NCBI RefSeq assembly: GCF_036321535.1
Contig: NC_087436.1
Span: 71,674,001-71,738,000, forward strand
Direction of reading: 5' to 3'
DNA length: 64,000 bases
DNA from: Camelus dromedarius
Lineage: Eukaryota
Within the stretch, counting starts at the first letter, position 1, and each line of letters begins with the position of its first letter. Of this stretch, positions 25,351 to 37,119 are shown one piece after another. The notes under the pieces were generated by a model that made no database searches, was not told where the DNA came from, and saw only the letters and a list, made by a program, of their open reading frames with translations. The position numbers and the translations under genes were made by a program.

Positions 25351-28300
25351 ACTGCAGTGGCACAGTGTCTGAAGAGAAAGAAGGACTCCAGGTAGCAGAC
25401 TGGGGATGCCTGACTGACTCCTCTTCTCACAGCTCTGGAAATTACAAAAAAAAAAAAAAAAGAGAGAGAGATATTTAAAAAAAATCTATAGCAGCCATGA
25501 AAAACTAGGAAGAGAATCATCAATGGGCTAGAAATGATGAGGAAAACATACTCGGGGAAGGAGTTATATGAAAAGTGGGAGTAGTTCTGAGGCTTCAGTT
25601 CGAAGTTCGAAGCTTGGGGATTTGGTGATTATGAAGATAGACAGGAGAAGGCAACCCCTTCTAGGTTGTTTTTAGAGCCACTCAACCACTTGGTCGGGCT
25701 TATGCCAAACAACAGCCAGCAGAGTCATCTATCACCCATAAGAAAAATGATGGTAAGTCCTTGGGTTAGGGAGGCAAAACAGTGTCCTGAGTGGCCAGCT
25801 ACACTCAAGAGGAACAAGGAGCACTCCCCACAGAAGACCTGTCACTGTCACCCTCTGCCTTGCAGTCCATCCTTTCCTCACAATTACTGGAGGTGGCTAC
25901 AATAACAGATGCTAGCAGAGAAAGTTAAGTCAAAGACAAAAACACAACCAAGAATGACCCAGCAGTTAAGCAAAATCACACCCTAAAATAGAAGTACTGA
26001 TCTAAATATGCAGAACCACCTCCTAAGGAAATAAAATAAAGACAACAAACTGAAAGTTGTTTTAAGAGGATTATAATTGATATCTTCAGAAGCTTTAAAC
26101 AGAAAGACACCAGATTCATGTAGCAAACATAGGCTTTTGTGAAAAAAGAATTGACTAGAATGAGAATACTGCAACTGCAATGAAACTAAGGAGATACACT
26201 GAGTAGACACAACTGAAGAACAGACACAGATGAACTAGTTACTGAACTAGAGCACAGTGCAAAAGGTCAAAGTGATGGCGAGTGGGAGGGAGTGAAGAAT
26301 GAAGGAGAGAAGACAGGTAGTACACTCAACTTAAAAACAAAATGGCCACAAATGGGAGAAGAGAGATGGGAGCCTGATAACTTGATAACTTCAATTCTGA
26401 GGTACCTCCCAGGCAGGAAAAGCAGTACCAACAGGGAGTCAGTGCAGCCCCGGAAGGAAAATGCTCTCAGTGTTCACCTCAAATGTGGCCACGGACCCAA
26501 CAAACTGAAACTGCATTACTTCCCAGCCAGGGAGCCCCAGGATATGCGTGTGCTATGAACCTGCAACCACAGAGTGCTTTCCCTTCTTCCTTGTCCCAAG
26601 TGGGGAACTTTTATTGTGATTCTCCTTTCTCCCTCTTCCACTATTTATTACTAGATACTTACATTTCTTACCATGAACCTAACTCAGAGGGATACAAATC
26701 ACTCCAAGTCCCTGGATCTAAAAGCAAATGCAGAGAACTTGGAATTTGGAATTTGAGCTGTATTCTGTTAAGGAGAAATAGTTACATTATGTTTTAAGTT
26801 ATATATTTACATCAATTATATATCTATAGATATAATTTAAATGTAATGCTTGGATTACATTAAAATTAGTATTGTATTAATTCTATATAATTACATATTA
26901 AATAAAATTAATTATAATATATTATATACTAAATTATATATACATATGCTGCTGAGCAGCTAAGGAGCTGGATGGAGAAGTCCTGTGTCCTCTGAAAATC
27001 CATTCCTTCCCAACATGCCATTCACATGGTTTAGGTTGGAGTTACCCCAACTCTGGTTCTGGGAGTGGTAAACATAACCCATATCTGGCCAAACCATATA
27101 CTACACCCACACAAGTCAATCAAGGTCTTGCCTAGAACATTTTCTAGAAGTATAGGAAGCACTAACTGAAGCAGTATTGTGAGCCTAGAGCTACCAGTGG
27201 CCATAGCTGCCACTTGAGCTTCAAGAATCAGGCCAACCCAAAGGAAAGCGAAGTTGAAAGAAACAGAAGATACTGTTTAGGCTTCTAGGACCACCTATGC
27301 CTAAAACCTACATTACCTACAGACTTCGTGGTTATATAAATAAATATATTCTCTTTTTGATAACATCAGATTGAATTACAGTACCACCTACTGTGATCAA
27401 AAGAGGCCATAATTAAACTATGTAATGAAAAAGCAACCCATAAATCAGGGTTTAGATATTCTCCACCACTGAATGGGATATAAAATATACTAAAGAGGAA
27501 TAACACTGGCAATATGAAGCCCTCTACCTTTTAGGGGGTATCCTAGAAAAAAGCTTTCATTAGAGAAAATTACTGACTTAAAGCACCATATTAGTGAAGT
27601 ACTGTCAGAGTGTCTGGATTTTGTCTGCAAAACATGCTTGTCTTTTGATATATAGTAAAAATAGTGTAAGAGAAAAAAAAAAAAACAATAGTATATGAGA
27701 CCCTGAAAGGACTGAGAACCTTCCACTGGGTCCTGCAACTGTTTCTTTCTTCTCTCTCCTACACATGACCTCAGCCCCTTACTGTTCTCCACTCTTCTTG
27801 ATAAAATCCAAATTGCCCAAACCATAGCTACTAAACTGCACAAGCTATTCCTCCGTCTTAGAACACTTTTTTTCTTGAAGACCTCTGCCTCAGACAGAGG
27901 CCACTCTGCACATAGTATCTGAATATATCTGGAAATTAAAAAAAAAAAAAGGAAAAGACTTTGTAGACAAGTAAATAGTAGTCTTATGGGAAGCAAAGAA
28001 AATTAAGATAAAACATAGGTAAGTTCCAGCTCAGATAAAAAAAGTTAATCCTGTTTTGGGGAACAAAATACCAGGTCTCTGGGACCCCCAACTCTCTCTT
28101 AGCAGCTGGTCTAGAGAAAGGGCCTGGGAATGTAAAGTCCTTGGACTTAATGGCGTACCTGGACAATCTCACTATATTTGATGAGTCTTTAGAAGAATGA
28201 GAGAAGAGACTTCAAAGTGGCACACCATCTCAAAGAGGCAAATTTTAAATCTTCCCATGGTAGTCATCAACCGTACTGTACCTACTGATCCCTGTTAAGT

Positions 28301-28429
28301 ACGCGGGGCACGTGCCCTCTCAGCCAAAGGCAAGCACAGTCCCTGGGAAGATGTGCTCAAACACTGGCCCTGTCCCACCCACCCTGGAGAACTAGAGATG
28401 CTATACCTGGGAGTTACAAGTGGGCTGAG

Positions 28430-28432
<3 letters not shown>

Positions 28433-28468
<36 letters not shown>
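28433..28468. repeat. (TG)18 microsatellite
   Basis: Direct reading. Confidence 0.97.
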
Positions 28469-28471
<3 letters not shown>

Positions 28472-28681
28472 AAGGACTTCTATTTCCAATTCCTCTCAAT
28501 ATTCTGACTTGAGGTTACCCTTTCACTAGGTAACCACCACCTTGTTTTCACTCTCCTCTGATGATCCCTGCAGCCTTGGGTACTGGAAGAGGAGTGGAGC
28601 CACTGGAGGAAGAAGCCTGCAGGCAAGCATTGTGTGTTAGTGGACTGACTACTCAGTGTCACTGTACTGACATTTGACCTA

Positions 28682-29132
28682 TGTGAACAAAAAATACTGC
28701 AAACCTTATCAGTAAACAAAGAATGCTGAAGCCATCAAGTCATCAGTGGCTGCCACCACCCCCCAGTGAAGACAAGCCTGCAGCCCAGCCTCTGCAGCCA
28801 CTCACAATGGTGCACTCTGAAGGGACTCAGAATAAGAAAGGACAGGACACTGGCCCTAGATAGCTAGGTGCTTGTCAAAGGAATGAATTCAATGAGCCCA
28901 AATGTTTGCTTCCTTCCATAAGTAGAAAAGCATTCAATTCTTTAACTTGAGATTCCTGGCTTTCTTTAGATAACAAGTAATCTTTTATTGTTCCAACTAC
29001 CTGGTCTTTGTTGTAAAGCTCCTATATATCCTAGCTCCTCCCCTACCTCTTCGGAGCCATCTGAGAGGCTGTCCTCCCACCAAATAAAACATAATTCTCA
29101 ACTTTTAGGCTGCGCATTTATTTCAGTCAACC
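28682..29132 (+). mobile_element. Solo LTR (ERV1-like)
   Basis: TG start, TATA-like ctatatatc, AATAAA, tttcagtcaac end; 4-bp TSD ccta at 28678-28681 and 29133-29136. Confidence 0.82.
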
Positions 29133-29553
29133 CCTACATATGACACACATCTGTGTGGAATACTAAACTCTGCCACATATACACTTATTAAACAAAAAAA
29201 GTATTAGCAAGTAGACACACACAGTTCAGCTCTGTGCTCGTAACTCAATGAAATCCCAGCCCCTGTACTTTATTTAGGTGAACTTATGACATCTGACATG
29301 AAATCTTACAGGCAGGGTTCTGTTACCCTAGGAAGGAATCAGAACTGTTCACAGATTAAGCCTTAGGACCAGCCATCCCGAGGATGCAGGCTACAGAATT
29401 CATCCGATTCTTCTCTCTTATTCATTCAAATGTAGGCATGTCTCTAAACTACCCCAACTAACCCAAGTGCTAATTTGACTAATTGGAACCCATTTCAAAT
29501 ATTTACTGTGGTGATTAAAGTTACTAATTTCAACAAATAAAACCTCGTGACAC

Positions 29554-30990
29554 TGTAATGTAATAAGAAATATGTATTTGGTCTCCATCCATTGCTCCTA
29601 AAATACTTGTAATTTCCTAAAAGAGCGATGGATGGATTTTTCTTATACTATTTGGTGTTTTGTGCTCTTGAAACAGTTCCTAAAGGAGCTGTATGAATTC
29701 TGTTATTCATAACAAGGCCCTTTCAACCACACCTGAAAGCCCCTCCTGGATAATCACAGGATGGAGGCTGGATACCAGGGGAACCAACCACAAGATTAGA
29801 GGGTTGAAACTTTCAGTCCCACACCTTGACCTCTCAGGAGGGGAGAGGGGCTGAAGACTGAATTCAATCACCAACAACCAGTAATGTCATCAGTTGTGCC
29901 TACATAAGGAAGCCTCCAAACAGCATGAGAGCTCTGTGTACCCTGCCCACCCTGCCCACTGACCCATGAATTCCTTCTATTTGGCTGAGTTGCATCTTTT
30001 ATAATAAATGGATAATAGTAAAATGCTTTTGAGTTTTGTGAGCTGTTCTAGCAAATTATTGAACTTAAGGAGGGAGCTATGGGAACCCTCCATTAGCAAC
30101 CAAGTACAGCAGAAGTTGTGGGTTAATACATGAGACTGGTATCTGAAGTGGAGGGAAAGGGCAGTCTTGTGAGGCTAAGTCCTGTGTGATCTGCACTGAC
30201 TCTGTGAGCAGACAGGGTAGGGGGTGAACCAGGCATCACTTTCTTAACATAAGAAAAGCCATTTTTGGCCTAAGCCATTTTGTGATCTAAGCCAGGCTAC
30301 AATGCTTGCTCTTGAACAGGTCTCATTAATTAATGATTTTAATGGAAGGGAGAGAATGCAGGAACAAAGGAAAAAGCAGTCAAGAAACAATAGTTCAGCA
30401 ATAAAACTGAGTCCTAGTTCCTCTTCAAAGGATATACATTAACAATGTGACACGTATCTCTGAGTTCTGCAGGAACTAAGGCCCCCATCCAGGTGGAGGA
30501 TGGTAACTATGCTGAGACCACAAATAGATCAGAACCTAAGAAATAATGATGTTGACCTTTTCTGACCCTTGTGACTTCAATCAACTAAAGCTTAGACTCT
30601 ACCAACATCTGCCCCAATTCTATGCTGAATTCTCCTTTGCCCAACCCCCTGTGTGAATATGCACGTACCCCTAGCTTAAAATTTCCCAATTTTGCAGTTC
30701 AGGGAGACACTGCTTTGGGAAAATCCCCAGTGTTCTCCTTACTCACTGCCAGTAATAAATCCTTCCTTCTCCTGATGTTTGGCATATGTCTTTTGTCTGG
30801 ACACTCACCAAGGGGCAAATCCAGTTTTCAGGTAACCTCAGGTAGTGTCAGAACTGAACTGAATTGTAGGACACTCGTTTGGTGCCCACAGAAAATTGGA
30901 GAACTGCTTGGTATGGGGAAAAACACACACACATTTGGTGGCCAGCAGGATTCTGTGGATAGTGTAGAGAGGAAACAGAATTTTTCTTCA
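29554..30990 (+). mobile_element. MER21-like LTR split by a nested younger LTR
   Basis: MER21-type motifs (ggttgaaactttcagtccc...ggagggagaggggctg); gatctgcactgactc resumes as aggtagtgtcagaactgaactgaattgtaggacac after the insert. Confidence 0.8.
30203..30836 (+). mobile_element. Solo LTR nested in the MER21-like LTR
   Basis: Starts tgtgagcag, contains AATAAA, ends ccagttttcaggtaac; interrupts contiguous MER21-like sequence. Confidence 0.75.
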
Positions 30991-31053
30991 GCTGTAATTT
31001 TTCTTTTTTCAAACCCATTTTGCTGTGATGAGATATTCCACTTTAAACTTTCT

Positions 31054-31196
31054 TTTTTTTTAATTGCTTTTTTTTTTGAGGGGGGAGGTAATTAGGTTTA
31101 TTCATTTATTTATTTTTAGAGGAGGTACTGGGGATTGAACCCAGGACCTCATGCATGCTAAGCATGCACTCTGCTACTTGAGCTGTATCCTCCCCA
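31054..31196 (-). mobile_element. tRNA-derived SINE (Vic-1-like)
   Basis: Reverse-complement SINE body with T-rich tail; TSD cactttaaa(c/t)tttct at 31039-31053 and 31200-31214. Confidence 0.9.
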
Positions 31197-31544
31197 CCTC
31201 ACTTTAAATTTTCTAATTTTTCTGACCATTGCTTTCCTGTGACTTGGGAATATTGTGATATCTGGTAATGCCGACATAGGTTGTATTCTTTTAGCGCAGT
31301 GATAATGTCATTGCATAATATATACAATGTTTTGCCATCTAATTCAGTAACAAAACCCACGCTTTACTGTGCCTTAAAAGCGTGACATCTGAAATTCACT
31401 TTTCTTATTTTGACTGGATATGAACTAGTAATAAAAAATTAATAAAATGTGGCCAAAGGACAGTACACATGGCACTTGAAACACTATCAAGTTATAACTG
31501 CACCACTGAGATGTGTACTGTGCTGAGCAGTGTGAGCACTTTAA

Positions 31545-31810
31545 CAGAAGAGCTCTGTCACAACCACGCAGCTCTGCAGTTGAAGCATGAATGTCATACA
31601 CAAGATGTAAACAAACATGGCTGTGTTCCAATAAACTGTTATTTATGGATGCCGAAATGTGAACTTCATATAATTGATATGTGTCAAAAAATGTTATACT
31701 TTTTATTTTTTCCAATCATTTAAGAAGGTAAAAACTATCCTTGGCTTTCAAGCTGTACAAAAAAGGGTAAGTGAACTGTATCTGTGGCTTAAATTGAGGA
31801 CCCAGATTTA
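31545..31810. mobile_element. hAT-Charlie MER58B-like DNA transposon relic
   Basis: catggctgtgttccaataaac...tatttatggatgccgaaatgtgaacttcatataatt. Confidence 0.75.
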
Positions 31811-31852
31811 AACCATCATATGCATAAAAACCCGTGTGGCACAGGCTGAAGC

Positions 31853-32668
31853 ACATTGGTTCTCATTATTCATGGTAGGTTTGCTCTATAAAGGCACTGG
31901 GAACACCGACCCATCACTCCTAGAGGAAATTCAGAGTTAGGTTCCTACAAGCCTTTGGTCACAATACCAATTTCAGTAACCAATCAAGATGTAACCATGT
32001 CGGTGGGGAGGGTATAGCTCAGTGGTAGAGTGCATGCTTAGCATGCATGAGGTCCTGGGTTCAATCCCCAGTACCTCCATTGAAAGTAAATAAAAACCTA
32101 ATTATTGCCCCCTCAAAAACAACCAAAAAAAAAAAAATTAAAAAAAATAAAGAGGCAGACATAATACAGTTTAATTATTGAAAAAAAAAAAAGAGAGAGA
32201 CATAACCACGTCCTATATGTTTGTGTTTAAAGACATCTTATTTAGTATGTATTTTGATTCATTAACATTGAACCCCTGGCCAACAGCACTGTAGTTCACA
32301 CTTGCATGAAGCTTACCTCACACACATACTTCCTCTGTGAGGACATCACAGACTTCTTCCACTTAGTGCTCAGAGGCCATCTTAAAAAACTATAAAAATG
32401 AGAAAAACATGGCACTAAACAGACCACAAGAAGGACACATAAACACAATGTCCTTACAGTATGAGAGCTGAAACAAAAAGGCAGCGTCACTTTGTTTGAT
32501 CCCTGCTGGGAATGTGTACACTGGGTGGGCTCAAACTTTTTTCTGCTCTGAGTTTGAAGGCACAAGTCTGCTAATAACTGCAAAAGCATTGTGAGCATCT
32601 TACAAATAAATTTTAGTGAGTAGGTGACTTCATAAATATTAAACTACGCATAATGAGGACCAGCTGTA
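31853..32668. mobile_element. TcMar-Tigger MER82-like DNA transposon relic
   Basis: Degenerate terminal inverted repeats (ggttctcattatt / ataatgaggacc) and MER82-type internal motifs; split by a SINE. Confidence 0.75.
32005..32197 (+). mobile_element. tRNA-derived SINE (Vic-1-like) with extended bipartite tail, inserted in MER82
   Basis: Near-consensus SINE body; TSD agatgtaaccatgtc (31987-32001) and agacataaccacgtc (32198-32212). Confidence 0.9.
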
Positions 32669-33810
32669 TTTTAAAGTGAAATAAGACCTTATCACATACA
32701 TAGGTGCGAGTTAAAGATGAGGGAGAAGATATCTCATTTCAAAATCTCTACTTGGTTCTAACAGTAATTTTGAATGTAAACTTGCAGTTTTTATTTGGAT
32801 CCCAAAATGAAACATTTGTATTTGAAAATTTATATAAGCAAAACCGAAGATTCTGTAATAAAACTTCACAAAAAGACACGATACATTTTGAATAGTATGG
32901 AATAAGCTGTTAACTCTCTCATAAATATAGAATTCATATTTTTAATACTCCTTACCCTCAGAAGCATCCATCACTCACAGAGGATACAGGAGGCTTGAGG
33001 TTATAATTAGAAGAAAGTCCTCAAATTATTAGTTGTACTACCCTTGGAACACACAGAAATGCAGCTGCAATGAAATGGATACCGTTAGATATGTTTCATA
33101 TTTCAGTTTTAAGTTTCCCTGAAGAGCTACAATTTAGCCATAAGACAAAAACCAAAGCTAAATTAAATATAATGCTGCTTTATCAACGAAGGACAAATAA
33201 ATGTAACTGGCTTATCAGGGATCCAAAGGAAGGGAAGCATTCCTCGTGAAATTTTCTCAAAATGGAAAAGACAGAAATTAGGCATTTTCCCTAGAGGCTT
33301 CTTTTTCATGAAATTCTTGGCCCTCTGGAGTCTAGCAGAGACCTTCAAGGATAGCATTTTCTTTTTTGTTGCCTTAGATAGAATAAATGAATAAGAGTGG
33401 CTGCTTTCTTGAAGCACTTTAAGGACTTTCAACCATGCTTTTGTTCCCAAACACCCGAAAGTATTTTATAGTACAAAATCAGCAGCACAGGCCTAGGCAA
33501 TTAAAGGTAAGGCTATCTTAGAAAACTTACCTAAAAACTTGGCAGTCAAGAAGACAGTCGGTGGTAGAATACAAGGCAACAGGGCTTGTTACCTATTCCT
33601 TTGGGACAGTTATATCAGCACCTCCCTCATGTTCAAGTTACAGCAAAGCAAAAAGTTCCTGTTCTAAGAACTAGGAGAGGTTTCTGTGTGAAAGTGCTTT
33701 CTTGGTTTTTTGTTATTGTTGTTGTTTTTCCTTTTCTTGTGGTATCTGCAGGCCTTATCATTTCTATGGATGGGAATCAACCAGGATCAAAATGTTTTTG
33801 TATACAGCTC

Positions 33811-34210
33811 TGTTGACAAAAAATTAATCAATGGTCTATCTAAGAGAAAAATGGAAAATTTTATTCAAGTCAACCTGATAATTATAATCTGGGAGACAGT
33901 CTTTCCGAAAGCTCTTGATTACTATCCTGCCATTAGAGGTCAAAGCAGTTATATGTTTTTGAGACAAAGGATTATGTCAAATGACTTATTACTGATAGTT
34001 TACACAGTTCAGACGTATAGGTACCAAGTGAGTCATGGGTTATCCTGTCCCTTCACAAGATTAAGGAGGAAGGCTACCCGCTAAAGAGTTGTGTTCCTTG
34101 ATGAGATTAAGGAATGTTATCTCCTAAGGAGGTGAGGCCCAAAGGAGCAAAAACAACTTGTATGTTTAAATCTTCCTCATCTTGTCATAATTATGAATTT
34201 ACTTTCATCA
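33811..34210 (-). mobile_element. Solo LTR (ERV1-like)
   Basis: tgttgacaaaaa...ttttatt (reverse poly(A) signal)...tttcatca termini. Confidence 0.65.
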
Positions 34211-35299
34211 ATTCTTAATCAAGATTGTGGAAGGTCTTAGGTGAAACAGACATGGAGGTTAGGCTTTCTGATGTAGGGGTAGAGAATTGTGGGGAAGACC
34301 CTCTTCTTCGGGACAAATTTTTTTCTCAGGGGCAACCCCTAAACCTATGCTTTAAAGGAAAAATTTGAAAGAGATATATCTCATAATATCTCCAACTAAT
34401 TTATTCAGTAGTATCTTCCTCTTGGTGCATAAGCAGCATGAAGAATTTATTACAGCAACCACGGAAAACTAACATACCAGTAAACATCACTATACATTTT
34501 ACTTCACAGTAAGAGGTATAGAGCAGCAATACAATTACCAAATAAAGTTCTAAGATTTCTAATAGTCCTTTTTGCTTTTAGACTGTATTCCACAAATGAC
34601 TGCAGTCAAGGTAGTACTTTCAAGAGCCATGGAATTAACTGCTCCCTCTCTGTAGCTGTGTTAGTCCTTACCTAATGAAGTTTGGTTCAGTTGTTTGTTT
34701 GTTGGGATTCCAGCAGCTGACAGTTCGAAGCTCTTAAAGGCTGTGGCCTTCCGGGGCTAGGAGAGAGAAGGGTCTACTGTACTTAGAGATGATGAAAAAG
34801 GCTCAAATAGTTCTGTCTCCAGAATTCTGCACAACAATCTTACTTCACGTTTATGTGATCTACTACATTCTCCAATGACTGAATACACAGTATAAGCACA
34901 AGGTTCACATGCACGCTCTGTAACTGAATAAGCTGACTGACTCTCCACCTATTTAATTTCTGGTAATAGTGAAACTAATGTACTTTCATGTATTTAGCAA
35001 TTATTTTTAAATTTAATTTTTAAATTGTTATAAGTACTATCCTGATCTTTCAAGCTTTTAAAATGTATTTTGCTCCCTTTACCAAGCTATGAACTTACGA
35101 ATTTTGTAATATATAAGATCCTCAGACCAACTTAAGATTATGTATTATCATACCAAGGTGTACAGGTTTAAAAGAGTCTTCCAGTTAGCATTACCCTAAC
35201 CCTAGCACCAGCTTTTCACTTTCTTAAAGGGTTATCAGAGAGACCTGGTTCCTTCATGTTCCATATGATTAGCTTAAGATTTTCTACTTTGGGCTCCAG

Positions 35300-35976
35300 C
35301 AATACTTAGTGCTATCTTTATTCCAGACTTCTTAAATTATAGAAAAAGGAATGAACACTTTCTGCATTCTTTCAGAGCAGGGTTGGGAAGCAATACCACC
35401 GACCATATTACTTTCTTATACGCATGGACTACTCTATTGCACGTTTCTCAAGTCCATTTTTTAAAAAATCACACATTAACTCATCATCAACGTATGTTCC
35501 ATTAAGATAGTATTTATTAACTAGGAATTACCAGAAGGCCTTCAGGGGGTCAATAAAGGTCTCCATGATGCGAGTTCCAGGACTTTTCTCAAGAGAAAAC
35601 CATGGCTTTATCAAATACTCAAGCAGGTATATGATCTTCCACACCTCCAAAATTTTAAGAATCACCTCATTGGATGCTCTTATTTTGTAAAACTTTTCTA
35701 GTCTTGTTCTCCAAGGTTCTGGCACCTCTAATAAGTTGTAATTTTATAAACAGGGCCCAACACTTTGATTCCCCTCTTATATTCTTAGTATATAATTAAA
35801 CATACATTTTTAGCACTTAAAAGATTTTAAGTGTCCAAATATATCTTAATCCACAGTACTTCACAGGGCTCATGATTTTAAACAAAAGCAAATTAAATCA
35901 TATCTGAATTTCTCGATGTTCTAAATACATTAAGAATGAATACACTGTCATTGTTCCAAAATTACTAGAAAGTATG
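35300..35976 (-). other. COX18: Probable COX18 3' UTR (3' end uncertain)
   Basis: Follows the stop codon; minus-strand AATAAA at 35513-35518 and 35317-35322. Confidence 0.6.
35513..35518 (-). terminator. Candidate COX18 polyadenylation signal AATAAA
   Basis: Plus-strand tttatt about 460 nt downstream of the stop codon; lies inside one arm of the inverted repeat. Confidence 0.5.
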
Positions 35977-36150
35977 TCATTTTCTTGAACTGAACTTGGC
36001 ATGCAAGGCAGCAAAGAGGTCCTTATAAGGAGTGTGTGAATCTGACTTGGTTAACGGTATTCGGCAAAGTTGGCGAAATCGAGGGGAACGCAGCAGCAAG
36101 TTCTGTGAAAGGCCCATGAAGCTGGAGCATAACCAGTACAGAGCAATCGA
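35977..36150 (-). CDS. COX18: COX18 coding exon 6 (terminal), 174 nt including TGA
   Basis: Acceptor CCACAG|TCG; encodes SIALYWLCSSFMGLSQNLLLRSPRFRQLCRIPLTKSDSHTPYKDLFAALHAKFSSRK*. The six exons join into an open 1014-nt frame (337 aa), or 1011 nt (336 aa) with the short exon 4. Confidence 0.96.
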   Translation of the reverse strand, partial: SIALYWLCSSFMGLSQNLLLRSPRFRQLCRIPLTKSDSHTPYKDLFAALHAKFSSRK

Positions 36151-37119
36151 CTGTGGAGAGAAGAAAGGACATGAATGTTAGCATCTCTCCATTCTCCAAG
36201 GACATCAAGTCTAGAGACAGGCAGGCAATAAAAAAGAAAATTGCAATCTCTGTAAACAAAAGTACACCAGGACAGAACAAGACCTTCAGTGGCTACTAGA
36301 TACCTGTGACAGATCTAATAGATAGGTAAGAAAGCTGAAAGGAAGACCAAAAACCAAAAGAAACCAAATGAGAGTATTCATGACAGAAATGAATAACGGA
36401 GAAGAGCTCCCAGGCAGAGGCTCAAGAGAGATCTCACCTCTCTTCTTTGGCAATTAAGTATACTTCTCCCTCACCAAGAGTTCTGACAAGCTGCTATATT
36501 GCAGGGAGGCTACAGGGGGCACGGCCATTTATGATGGCAAACCTAGCCTCCCTAGACCTCATTTTCCCTCATACAGTCATGTATCTTGCAAATTTTCCCA
36601 GTAACCAGTTTTTTAGTATAGTCAGGAATGCATTACCTTTGCCATTTCCTGAGACAAACAGTCTCAGCATTATCTTCAGTCTTCTTTTTAACTACCAGAC
36701 TGATTTATTTAGGTCAAAGACCAAGTCCTGCAGCCTCTTAAAACATTCCCATTCATACATCTTTCCCAAACTTTTCTTTGGCATCAGAAGGTAATCAGGC
36801 TGTTGGAGAACCAGTATCACATACAATTGAACAGCTGCTCAAACTCAGAACTTGATGTTTGAGGACAGCTCATGAAATTTTTGGCACAAACAGCATACTG
36901 GTGCTCCCTGGAAACCAGTGAACTCTTTAAAGGTCCTAAATGTGACAATTAAAAAGAAATGTGATCATTTCCCCTTGATTTTACACTGCAGACTTGAAGC
37001 TAGGCTCTTTTCCTTGGTTATATTATTTGATCACAATTTTTTTTAATGGAATAAAACTGATTTTGATATGGGAAAAAAAATAAAGAAATAAAGGTAATCA
37101 GGTCCCACAGGAAAGACCA

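Noticed and set aside
27490..27996. 168-aa minus-strand ORF
   Set aside because: Phe runs come from genomic A tracts; no recognisable family or exon structure.
30622..31095. 157-aa ORF
   Set aside because: Crosses two LTRs and a SINE tail, so it is a chance open frame.
32005..32080. tRNA-like sequences with A and B boxes (also near 9146, 31120, 40750, 54570 and 61720)
   Set aside because: A-rich tails, TSDs and divergence among copies show they are SINEs, not tRNA genes.
35194..35205. ccctaaccctag telomere-like motif
   Set aside because: Fewer than two perfect units; expected by chance.
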